Numbered from the stretch's first letter, positions 1-10,039 are shown. The stretch: 64,000 nt of DNA from Eledone cirrhosa (GCA_964016885.1 OZ024756.1:10168001-10232000); one strand, 5' to 3'. Made by a program: numbers and translations. Notes: a model not told the origin generated them from the letters alone.

Positions 1-232
1 TATCTATACATATATATATACATATCTATATCTATACATATATATACATATATATATATCTATACATGCATATATATACATATATACATATCTATATATA
101 CACATATCTATATATATAATATATATATATATATACATATATATACATACATATATATATACATATATATATACATATCTATATATATACATATATACAT
201 ATATATACATATATACATATATATATATATAC

Positions 233-263
<31 letters not shown>

Positions 264-643
264 CATATATATATACATATATATATATACACATATCTAT
301 ATATATATACATATATATACATATCTATATACATATATATACATATCTATATATATACATGTCTATACATATCTATATATATACATATCTATATATATAC
401 ATATATATATATATACATATATATACATATACATATATATACATATACATATATATACATATACATATATATACATATCTATATATATACATATATATAC
501 ATATACATATATATACATATCTATATATATATACATATATATACATATCTATATATATACATATATATATATATATATACATACACATATACATATATAA
601 ATATATATACATATATATATATATATATACAAATATATATATA
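1..643. repeat. Imperfect (TA)n / (TATACA)n microsatellite
   Basis: Continuous TA dinucleotides interrupted by C. The Y/I-rich ORFs here are artefacts. Confidence 0.97.
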
Positions 644-2724
644 CATCATCATCATCATCATCATCAACGTTTAACGTCCGTGTTCCACGCTTGCATGGGT
701 TTGGACGGGGGTAGTCCCACTTGAGGCAAGAGTGATTGTCTTGCTCGCATAGGACTGTCTGGCAGGTTTTCTACAGTTGGATGCCCTTCCTAACACCAAC
801 CACATTTACAGTGTGGGTCTGGGAGGTTTTTACCGTGTTGCCTACACGGCCACATTACAGCGTGGACTGTGTGTTTTTTTGTCGTGACACCTACACGATC
901 TCATTTGTTTCGGCCTCGATGGCGCGGCACCAACATAACTTTACATAGAACGGGGTGGTGTGGATGGGGTGGGGGTGGGGGTGGTGGGACGGGGTGTATT
1001 TTGTTAGAGATGCCTACTGGCTGGAGTAGGTTTTACTATATATTTAGGTAAGGCGGGTCTTCTCTGTTACTGAGTACCGCCAAAGGTCTCGGTCCAGTGA
1101 CATTGTCTTGGAGAGGTGTAAGTGTGTGATGTCGGAGTTTATCAGCTCGTCCCAGGTTTTTCTAGGTCTGCCTATTCCGTGACTACCGTCTATCTTTATT
1201 GCCCTGCACTTTGTTATACAGCTATCGACTTTCATGCGCATCACGTGTCCATACCAACGTAGCCTTCTCTCGAGTAAACAACATCTGATCCCTCTTATCT
1301 CTAATTTTTTCCTTAGTTCGTTTATGCTTTGCCGTTCACGTATATTACTGTTACACATCCAGCGGAGCATGCAAGCTTCGTTCCTCTCTAGTCTGCGTAT
1401 ATCCTCTGCACACAATGCCCAGGTCTCACTGCCATGCAGCATTGCTGTTCGTATGCAGGCATCGTACAACCTGCCTTTCATTTTTAGTGAGAACCCTTTA
1501 GCAGCTAATAGTGGTATAAGCTCTCTGAACTTTTTCCAACCAGTTCTGACTCTAGCTACAGTACTTTCAGAGCACCCTCCCCCACTGCTGATTTTATCGC
1601 CCAGGTAACGGAAGCTGTCCACTATTTCTATAGAACCCTCTGCGCAATTGAAAGAGCTAGTAGTTTGTGGGCACTTGCTGCTACTTATTGCACCAGAGCA
1701 CCGGCCACATGTAAAATCTATGTTCTTAGTTAGCTTACCTGTGATCCCACTACATCTTTTATGCACCCATACTTTGCATTTAGGACATAAAATGGAGTTT
1801 CTACCTACGCCTTTCCTACACACCGAGCATGACCATTTCCCAGAAGGGACCGCCGCCTTGTTTTCTTTCCTACAAACTAGTACTTTGGTCTTAGCCAGGT
1901 TAATTTTAAGTCCTTTTGACTCTAGGCCGTGCTTCCATGTTTGGAATTTCTTCTCTAGCTCGGCCATTGATTCCGCTATGAGTGTCAGGTCGTCTGCGTA
2001 TAGGAGTTCCCATGGGCAGCCTGTCTTGAACTCCTCTGTTATAGCCTGAAGGGCAATAATAAATAGTAGTGGGCTGAGAACAGAGCCCTGATGGACGCCA
2101 ACTTTTACGCTAAACTCTTCACTATATTCGTTGTTAATTCTAACCTTGCTGACTGTTTCTTTATACATGGCTTGTATAGCCCTCACAAGCCATTCGTCAA
2201 CGCCTAGTTTTCTAAGAGCCCACCAGATAATGGAGCGGGGGACTCTGTCGAAGGCTTTCTCCAAGTCGACAAAAGCTAAGTAGAGGGGTTTACCTTTAGC
2301 TAGGTACTTCTCCTGTAGTTGTCGTACTATGAAAAGAGCGTCTGTGGTACTTTTGCCTGACACAAACCCGAACTGCATTTCATCTAGGTCAATTCTCTCT
2401 CTGATTAGTTGCGCTATTACTTTTTCCGTGACCTTCATGACCTGGTCGATTAATTTAATGCCTCTATAGTTACTCCTATCTAGGGCGTCTCCTTTACCCT
2501 TATAACAGTTAACGATGATGCTGCTATGCCAGTCCTTCGGAACAACCCCATTCTGTACGACTTGGTTAACTATGCGGGTGACCATGGTGTGTCCCACCGT
2601 GCCAGATGCCTTCAGCATCTCAGCAACTATTTCCGAAGGCCCAGCCGCCTTACCCGTCTTCATATCCTTGATTGCCTTACTTATTATACTCCCCTCGACT
2701 AACACTGCTGGTCCCTCTATTGGG
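644..2724 (-). mobile_element. RTE-clade non-LTR retrotransposon, 5'-truncated
   Basis: RT ORF with RTE-type motifs (QFGF..GKSTTDA, AFVDLEKAFDRV, GVHQGSVLSPLLF, LLYADD, RRLRWYGHVMR, GRPRKTW). About 400-bp 3' UTR ending in a (GAT)n tail at 644-666. Both ends abut (TA)n. No APE endonuclease domain is present, so the element is 5'-truncated. Confidence 0.93.
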
Positions 2725-2864
2725 ATATATATATATACATATATAAATGAAAGGTATAGAAAACATTGTAGCAAAAAGCCAACAGTATTCCATAATATGT
2801 ATATATATATATATATAACTTTGAATAACTTTGAAATGTTTTGGCCAGTATTGGCCCAGGCCAT
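1044..2864 (-). CDS. Reverse transcriptase of RTE LINE with an internal PHD-like Cys/His finger; genuine homology starts at about 2723, and the first 47 codons come from flanking DNA
   Basis: 606-aa ORF with no internal stops and intact YADD. The N-terminal MAWANT...YIYIYI segment derives from the CR1 3' UTR and TA repeats. Confidence 0.8.
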   Translation of the reverse strand: MAWANTGQNISKLFKVIYIYIYILWNTVGFLLQCFLYLSFIYVYIYIPIEGPAVLVEGSIISKAIKDMKTGKAAGPSEIVAEMLKASGTVGHTMVTRIVNQVVQNGVVPKDWHSSIIVNCYKGKGDALDRSNYRGIKLIDQVMKVTEKVIAQLIRERIDLDEMQFGFVSGKSTTDALFIVRQLQEKYLAKGKPLYLAFVDLEKAFDRVPRSIIWWALRKLGVDEWLVRAIQAMYKETVSKVRINNEYSEEFSVKVGVHQGSVLSPLLFIIALQAITEEFKTGCPWELLYADDLTLIAESMAELEKKFQTWKHGLESKGLKINLAKTKVLVCRKENKAAVPSGKWSCSVCRKGVGRNSILCPKCKVWVHKRCSGITGKLTKNIDFTCGRCSGAISSSKCPQTTSSFNCAEGSIEIVDSFRYLGDKISSGGGCSESTVARVRTGWKKFRELIPLLAAKGFSLKMKGRLYDACIRTAMLHGSETWALCAEDIRRLERNEACMLRWMCNSNIRERQSINELRKKLEIRGIRCCLLERRLRWYGHVMRMKVDSCITKCRAIKIDGSHGIGRPRKTWDELINSDITHLHLSKTMSLDRDLWRYSVTEKTRLT

Positions 2865-2902
2865 GTCTAACTTAATAGCACCACCTGGCGAAGTCTTTCA
2901 AT

Positions 2903-5710
2903 TCAGGATTTGGGCACCATGGCCCATTCGAGAAGAGAATTACTGTTTGCGGAGACATATCCGGGTGTGGGTGGTTTGTCCGGGATTACTTGGAGGAATT
3001 TGTCCAAAGACTTCTTGAATTTTGTGTGGTCAGTTTCTGTTTTGACGTGTCCTGGTGTGATGTTGAAGAGAGCAGGGCCGATTGAGGTGAAATAATTGTG
3101 CCGTATTGTTGTTATGAGTTGCGATTTAGATTTTTGAATGGGACGGATAGCACGGGGCCCAAGCCTTGGGTGTATCTTGAAGGCGATGCCAACATCATTT
3201 GGGCAGTGATGATGGAACATTTTCCACATCATGCAGATAATATAACGCTCACGGCGACGTTGGAGTGAGTAAAGTTTCAGGTTTTCTAATCGACCCCAGT
3301 AGTCAAGGTCTGACATGCCATCTATCTTTTTCGTGATTGCCCTTTGAGGAGCTTCAAGTTTCATGATACTTTGTTTCGTGTGGGGAGACCACAGTGGACA
3401 ACAGTATTCAAGGTGTGGTCGGGCAAAAGTAGAGAAGAGAAGGATAATGGTGCGGGAATCTCTCGACTGGAAGGTTCTGAGGATCCAGGAACACATTCTG
3501 CGGGCCATGTCAACTTTGCTGCTTATATGCGTGGTCCAGCTTATGTTGCTGTCCACGGTTACTCCGAAGTCTCTGATGTTGTTAGATGCCACGAGAGTTT
3601 CCCCGGAGGGAAGGGAGTACGGGAGTTTCAGAGCATCCTCTTTTCCAAAGTGGAGCAGTTCGAATTTGTCTTCGTTCAGTAACATGTTGTTCTTTTCCGC
3701 CCATTGGGTAACAGCCAGTAGGTCTGACTGAAGGCTTATCCGGTCATCCACGCCATTGATGACCTTTTGGAGCTTGGAATCATCAGCGGAAATTTTAATG
3801 TTGCTGTGTTTGATGATGTCAGTGATGTCATTAATATAGATGATGAAGAGAAGTGGGCCCAACACAGTGCCTTGTGGGACCCCACTACTGACTTTGGCTG
3901 GGCTTGATTTGACTCCCTCAACTACAACATGTTGGGTTCTGTTTGACAGGAAGCTCTTGATCCACTGCAGCAGCTTTCCAGTGACACCAATATTGGACAG
4001 CTTTCTCAGTAGAATGTTATGATCAACCCTGTCAAAGGCCTTGCTGAAATCAAGGTAGATAACATCAGTGTTGGAACCCTCTCCCAAGGCTCTCAAAATG
4101 TCATCAAAGTGATGCAGTAGCTGCGTCAGGCAATCCCTTCCATTACGGAATCCATGCTGGTTGGAGTTCAGCATATTGTTACTCTCAAGGAAGTGGGTCA
4201 TTCGCGATCTCACCACTCTCTCAAATACCTTAATGATATGAGAGGTGAGTGAGATTGGACGGTAATTCACGGCAAGGGATTTGTTTCCCTTTTTGAAAAC
4301 TGGGACAACAGACTGGGATAGAAGGTTTTCTGGCACATATCCAGCATCCAGTGAGTTCCGCCACAGATTGGCAAGAGGAGATGCAAGTTGGTGTTGACAC
4401 GCCTTCAAGACACAAGCAGGGAACCTATCGGGACCTACTGCTGAATTATGCTTGATTTCCTTTATTGCCGCCAAGACATCAGGGGCGCCAAACGTTATGT
4501 CCGATAAGGTGTAATGGGGAGTAACATCGCCGATACAGCCCAGATCGGCCATATCAGGATTGCTGAAAACAGAGCAGTATTGTTTCTGCAGTATCTCACC
4601 CATGGTTTTAGCATTGTCTTGAAGAGTGCCATTTTCATCAATTAGAGGGCCAACAGTAGAGCCAGTGATTTTGTGTTTTTTTGCAAATGAAAAGAACACT
4701 TTGGGATTGAGTTTGATCTTCTCAATGGCCCAGGCCTCTTCAGCTCTTCTATGATTGTTGATGATAAACATCATATTGCTTTGGAGGTTATGTTTTTTAA
4801 TCTCTAGTGATGAAATGGCAGTCAAGTTGATGTGTTGCTGCTGACAGTATTTCAGCTTGTTGATTTTTTTGTTCGTTCTCTTAATTTTTCTGATGAGCAT
4901 TTTTCTATTTCTAGGGATTCTGCTCTTAGATTTGTTTATAGTTCTTAATGGGGTGTGTTTAGCACATATGTTTGTAACAGTGTCCACAAATGTCTGCCAG
5001 GACTTTTTGATGTTAGTGGGTGTATGAGTGTGCGTGAAGGACCAGTCGACATGTGCAAGATCATGACTGATCGCTTCCCAGTTTGCATTGTGGAAATCCA
5101 TAGCGTCAAACGGATGGACAGGAGAGATGTCATTGGGTTTGTATATTGGACGGTGGAATCTCAGATCACAGAGAACCATGTCATGATCAGAGAGTAGAGT
5201 TTTCTCCACTGCAATATTGTGGATATTGTCAGTGTGATTGCTGAAAATTAAGTCTAGGACGTTTTTGTGGCACCTCGTTGGTTCGAGCACCAGTTGGGAT
5301 AGGAAGAAATCATCCATGAAGTCAAGAAGCGATTCCACAGCTTCCCTGTCAGAGGTTGAGGCAGAAGAACCTGGTGGCAGGCTGTTTGTGGACCAGTCAA
5401 CTCCGGGGAGGTTGAAGTCACCCATCATTAAGATGTTGTCAGGGTGACACTCTTGGATGAAACACTTTATGCTGTTGAGGCATTCCTTGAAGCATGGTAC
5501 AGGCGTTTGGGGTGGCCTATAGAGCCCAACTACTAATAGGTTGTTGGTTTGACTGAATACAGTGACTGCTTCACAGTATCCATTAGTGAATATGTTCATA
5601 GCCTCTGTTGAGAAAGAATTATGGACATAAATGGCAGTCCCGCCCTTTCTTCTGCCAGCGCGATCAGCACGGATGGCTTTGAAATTTTTCACTTTCACCT
5701 CGGCTTCCAA
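2903..5710 (-). CDS. LINE ORF2: apurinic-like endonuclease + reverse transcriptase (probably defective)
   Basis: APE motifs GGTAIYV, LYRPP, MGDFNLP, LDLIFS, SDHD. RT motifs NYRPISLTS, QHGFR, YLDFSKAFDRV, SGVPQGTVLGPLLF, SADD. CR1-type C-terminus RPHLEYC..W.P and LYSLQRRRER. The same frame continues upstream (LNAQG...LTETH) across one TGA at 5801-5803. Confidence 0.88.
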   Translation of the reverse strand: MEAEVKVKNFKAIRADRAGRRKGGTAIYVHNSFSTEAMNIFTNGYCEAVTVFSQTNNLLVVGLYRPPQTPVPCFKECLNSIKCFIQECHPDNILMMGDFNLPGVDWSTNSLPPGSSASTSDREAVESLLDFMDDFFLSQLVLEPTRCHKNVLDLIFSNHTDNIHNIAVEKTLLSDHDMVLCDLRFHRPIYKPNDISPVHPFDAMDFHNANWEAISHDLAHVDWSFTHTHTPTNIKKSWQTFVDTVTNICAKHTPLRTINKSKSRIPRNRKMLIRKIKRTNKKINKLKYCQQQHINLTAISSLEIKKHNLQSNMMFIINNHRRAEEAWAIEKIKLNPKVFFSFAKKHKITGSTVGPLIDENGTLQDNAKTMGEILQKQYCSVFSNPDMADLGCIGDVTPHYTLSDITFGAPDVLAAIKEIKHNSAVGPDRFPACVLKACQHQLASPLANLWRNSLDAGYVPENLLSQSVVPVFKKGNKSLAVNYRPISLTSHIIKVFERVVRSRMTHFLESNNMLNSNQHGFRNGRDCLTQLLHHFDDILRALGEGSNTDVIYLDFSKAFDRVDHNILLRKLSNIGVTGKLLQWIKSFLSNRTQHVVVEGVKSSPAKVSSGVPQGTVLGPLLFIIYINDITDIIKHSNIKISADDSKLQKVINGVDDRISLQSDLLAVTQWAEKNNMLLNEDKFELLHFGKEDALKLPYSLPSGETLVASNNIRDFGVTVDSNISWTTHISSKVDMARRMCSWILRTFQSRDSRTIILLFSTFARPHLEYCCPLWSPHTKQSIMKLEAPQRAITKKIDGMSDLDYWGRLENLKLYSLQRRRERYIICMMWKMFHHHCPNDVGIAFKIHPRLGPRAIRPIQKSKSQLITTIRHNYFTSIGPALFNITPGHVKTETDHTKFKKSLDKFLQVIPDKPPTPGYVSANSNSLLEWAMVPKS

Positions 5711-5910
5711 GTGGAGGTTACTGAGATGGGTTTCGGTGAGGACGAAGAAAGGGATGTGGTTTGGATGGACATCAATCCAGTCCTCCAGGAATTTGATCTT
5801 TCATTTTTGAGTATTGGTGGAAGGGCTGATGCCTTGGGCGTTAAGCAAAAATGTAGAGGCGAGAGTGGATGGTTTTAATTGTTTTGGTGTGTTGTTAATT
5901 TGTTTGTTTG

Positions 5911-6648
5911 TTAATGGCAGCAATGGGAGTTTGTGCAGTGGGGTGATAGTGGAGGGTGGTGCTGGGTGATAGCTCGAATGTTTTTTTCCAGTTCTTTTGC
6001 CAGATTCATTATGGCTAAAAAAGAGGAAGAAGTTTCCTGTTTAGAAGACTGTTGGTGACTGTGGTAGTGGTTATTTTTATGTAGGTTATGGTTTTTGTTT
6101 TTGCTTTTATTTTTAATTTTATTTTCATTTGTCCGATGGGTCCCCGGGAGATGGGTAAAGGGACAATCCCGGTCTAAACACAATCTGTCTCGCAGGGAAA
6201 AGCGGCAGATTTGTGGATTCCTTGTTTGAGTTATTGGTGGTTGTGTTGGTGTTAAATTAGAGTATGTATTATGGTGGTGGCTGTTTGTGGGGATAGATCG
6301 TTTTGTCCTAGGTAAATGGGTGAATTTGCAGCCACTATCCGTACATATTCTATAGCGTAGAGAGTAGCGGCAAATGATGGGGTTTCGAGTGGGTGGGTAT
6401 GTGGGTGTGTGTGTTGTGAGAGGTGTAGATGATGGTTTGGGTAGGATTTGACGACCTTTGTGGACTGTGGGAGGGAGAGTTCTTGTTCTGGTATTAGAAG
6501 GTAAATTCCTTGACATAGCAGTAGACAAAAATGTTGTAGTAGTAGTAGTAGTAGTAGGCAGAGATGTTGGCAGTGGGTTTGATTGGACTGCTGGGCCAGA
6601 GAAAGGATGTGGCGTTTCATGCTGTGAGACAGAGGCTACTGGGGGGTC
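5911..6648 (-). CDS. LINE ORF1 with two CCCH zinc fingers (first ATG at 6516; frame open up to the TA junction)
   Basis: [19 protein letters not shown] and [19 protein letters not shown] (C-x8-C-x4-C-x3-H). Lies directly upstream of and overlaps the ORF2 frame. Confidence 0.75.
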   Translation of the reverse strand, partial: DPPVASVSQHETPHPFSGPAVQSNPLPTSLPTTTTTTTTFLSTAMSRNLPSNTRTRTLPPTVHKGRQILPKPSSTPLTTHTPTYPPTRNPIICRYSLRYRICTDSGCKFTHLPRTKRSIPTNSHHHNTYSNLTPTQPPITQTRNPQICRFSLRDRLCLDRDCPFTHLPGTHRTNENKIKNKSKNKNHNLHKNNHYHSHQQSSKQETSSSFLAIMNLAKELEKNIRAITQHHPPLSPHCTNSHCCH

Positions 6649-6837
6649 AATACATATATATACATATATATACATATATATATACATATACATATATACA
6701 TTTATATATACATATATATACATATATATATACATATATATATATACATATATATACATACATCTATACATATATATACACATATATAAACATATATATA
6801 TATACACATATACATATATATATACATATATATATAC

Positions 6838-6869
<32 letters not shown>

Positions 6870-6938
6870 ATACATATATACATATATATATATACATATA
6901 TACATATATATATATACATATATATATATACATATATA
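6649..6938. repeat. Imperfect (TA)n microsatellite
   Basis: Direct inspection. Confidence 0.96.
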
Positions 6939-7118
6939 AAGAGAGATATACTTTAACTTTAATTATATCTCATAAAATAATACAACTGGTTTTTCCACAT
7001 TATACATATTGTTAGCAGCCCAAACACTTAAATTGGGTTTATATTTTAATATAACCTAATGTTTGTTGAGCGAGATGGTTACCAGTCAGAGTTTAGCTTT
7101 AAACTATCTCTGTTATTG

Positions 7119-7431
<313 letters not shown>

Positions 7432-7728
7432 TTTTCGTTATTTCGTGGGCTGAAATGCGATTCTCGATAATTTATATTTGTCAGCAATAGTCAGTCCGTG
7501 TATTAATATTGAACTAAAACCTGTTGAGAAAGTGGCTTCCTTGTACAATCATCTTACCAGAAGCCTAACATTATTTATGTAAGCGGACAGTAATTGATTT
7601 AGGAGACGCAGAAACCCAAATGCTGGATTTTGCCAACCTTCCAGGGGTCCGGGTAAATTTTCAATCACAGATATTTTTCATTTGTTTGACCCGAATTACT
7701 TGGATCGTTTTTTTGGCTGTGCGGATGA

Positions 7729-7935
7729 TTGTTTAACCATCGTCTCAGTGTTTGGCCTTTAACCATTCTACAAGAAACTCCATATCTTGGGAACAGGAGG
7801 GAATGCAGATTATGTTCAGGAGAGATCTTGGAAATTACTAAATCTAAGGACGATTTATTAAATGAAAGACAGGAATTGATCATGGTCTGTAATCACCGCA
7901 TACGAAAAACATTTAAATACTATAAACCTAATTAA
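7729..7935 (+). mobile_element. Penelope-like element remnant (C-terminus of GIY-YIG endonuclease)
   Basis: Translation W..TILQETPYLGNRRECRLCSGEILEI....DLLNERQELIMVCNHR resembles the PLE C-terminal pattern W.I.....PY.....C.LC..EK..I......LLNKR.EL...CRH. Recognised from memory, not by search. Confidence 0.65.
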
Positions 7936-8397
7936 ATATTCTAAACAGCAACTCACTATAATTCTGTATAGAATAACATTTATTAGTACCTCTTTCCCCT
8001 AATTATATGCTTTCATGCTTATTTTTGCCTTTTAATGTTTTAGCCTCCTTAGATTTATGCGTTAATGACTAAAGGCAACTGACTGCTAGAAATAGCAGCG
8101 ATATTATCCATTACAACTTAGTCTTTTTTGTTTAAAATCTCCAAAGTTTAGTTATACAATCAACAGTAAGCCTTTTGTACAGACTTCGGAATAAACTGGA
8201 AGACCGTCAAAATATCATTCTCCTTCTCTCTCTCTTTAAGCAAAGAATCGTTGCTTTCACCCTTAACGGGATCTTCTGAAACTCATTATTTTAATAAATA
8301 GTTGCTCTACGGCTTATATATACATATATATATATTATCCTTATCGAATCCCCTACAGATTTTGGTCTTCACACACATATATATATATATATATATA

Positions 8398-8573
8398 GGC
8401 ACATGGCTTAGTGGTTAGAGCATTGGGCTTGCAATCGAAAGGTTGTGAGTTCAATTCTCGGGCCGTATGTGCAAGACAGGGTCAGCCGACCGGACACTGC
8501 CCACAACAGGACAACCCGTCTAACCCATGCTAGCGTGGAAGAACGGACGAAAAAAGGTGATGATGATGATGAT
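8398..8573 (+). mobile_element. tRNA-derived SINE with RTE-type 3' tail
   Basis: A box TGGCTTAGTGG (8404-8414) and B box GAGTTCAATTC (8447-8457). The tail CCCGTCTAACCCATGCTAGCGTGGAA..CGGACG..(GAT)n matches the RTE 3' end at 644-712. Inserted next to (TA)n. Confidence 0.85.
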
Positions 8574-8601
8574 ATATACACGTGTATATTCATATATTAT
8601 A

Positions 8602-9975
8602 CATCATAACAGTTTAAGTTCCATTTTACAAGCTAGCATGGGTCGGACGAGTTGTCCTGTTGTGTGAAATGTTAGATCAAATGACCGTGTCTGGCTCATG
8701 CAAGAAACATTTCTGGTTGGTTTCTACAGCTGGATGTCCTTCCTAAATCTAACAACATTTACAGGGTGGACTTGGCATTTATTGTTGTGTTGCTAACATG
8801 ACCAACCTACAGGGTGGACTGGGTGCTCTTCATTGTGACCACCACCTAACAGAGCAGACCTGGTGCTCTTTGTCATGTCACCAATTTGACTACTTTGAAG
8901 GGTGCTTCGTGTGCCTTCAGTCTTGCCACTAGCATGACCACTTTTCAGAGTGGGCTGGGGGCCTTCTGTCATGTCTATCTCACAGGGTGGACTGGGTGCT
9001 TATTTGTCATGTCACCAGCATGACTACCTTGCAGGGAGGGTTAGGTATTCTTTTGTCATGTTAGCTAACAGAGGACTTGGTGCTCTTTTGTTATGACACC
9101 TGCATGACAGGGTTGCCTGAGGAGAGCATGTCAAGCTTTCCATACTTGTATACATGGGTTTGTCAAGAGAGGTGAAAGTGGGGGTGGAGTTGTGTGTATG
9201 TAGGGTGGGGATTGGAGAGGTAGGTCAGGGTGGTGTACTTAGCTGGTAAGGGGGTGGAGTGTTAAGATGTGGGGAGTTGGAAAATTGGAGCATACTTCAA
9301 ACCACTAAATGTTTCATCCCGTGCACATGGGAATGCAGGTCTCCTGCAGTACTGTATAACACCAGAGATTTCAATCCTGTGTCATCACCTTTGAGAGGTA
9401 CTAGGGTGTCAGGTCAGTTTTTACCTCCTCATCCCAAGCTTTCCTAGGTCTTCCTCTTCCATCAATTTCAAACAGTCAACCTTTTATACAGCACATAACA
9501 TGTCCATAACAATGCAATCTCCTCTTCTGCATACTGTATCTTATCCATCTCATGCCCAGGTTCTCTCTCAGTTTATTTACACTTTCCCCTTCATGTATAT
9601 TAATATTACACATCCATCGGAGAATTCAAGCTTCATTTCAATCCAATCTTCTGAGGTCCTCACTGCAATGCAACATTGCTGTTCATATGCACACATCAAT
9701 TTGGTGAAACAACCTTTTGTAGCTAGCAGTAGTAGTAGTAGCACCCTAAACCTTTGCCATCTTGTTCTTACTCTGGTTACTGTACTTTCAGAACACCTAC
9801 CTCCACTGCTAATTTGGTCACTCAGATAACAGAAACTGTCAACTGCTTCTATGGATCCCATTAAATATTTGATAGAGCTTGTATCATAAACGCGATTGCT
9901 GCTTACTGCTCCAGTGCAATGACCCCTCGTAAAATCTACGTTCTTAGCTAACTTACCATGTATGTGTGACCATTA
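8602..9975 (-). mobile_element. Decayed RTE LINE 3' fragment
   Basis: Translates as GSIEAVDSFCYLSDQISSGGRCSESTVTRVRTRWQRFR, homologous to GSIEIVDSFRYLGDKISSGGGCSESTVARVRTGWKKFR in the 1044-2724 ORF. Has frameshifts and the same 3' UTR motifs. Confidence 0.85.
8757..9110. repeat. Degenerate 40-50 bp minisatellite within the RTE 3' UTR
   Basis: Recurring ACAGGGTGGACTGGGTGCTCTT..GTCATGTCACCAGCATGAC units. Confidence 0.6.
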
Positions 9976-10039
9976 GTTTCTGAGTCCAGTTATGGCACCA
10001 CTGTTTATTAGGGGAGGTACTTCCAAACAGACCCTTCAT

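Larger units (their letters stand above)
2817..6648 (-). mobile_element. CR1/L2-group (Jockey superclade) LINE, near full length, probably 5'-truncated in or near ORF1
   Basis: ORF1 (CCCH fingers) and ORF2 (APE+RT) lie on the same strand. The short 3' UTR ends in a duplicated TTCAAAGTTA tail unit, and (TA)n flanks both sides. Confidence 0.9.

Noticed and set aside
4-724. Y/I-rich ORFs (also 6458-7490)
   Set aside because: Translations of (TA)n microsatellites, not genes.
1234-5878. Plus-strand ORFs overlapping the two LINEs
   Set aside because: Antisense shadows of RT/APE coding sequence with no recognisable motifs.
8398-8468. Functional tRNA gene (TGC anticodon-like loop)
   Set aside because: Acceptor and anticodon stems pair poorly and the sequence continues into an RTE-type tail, so it is a SINE head.
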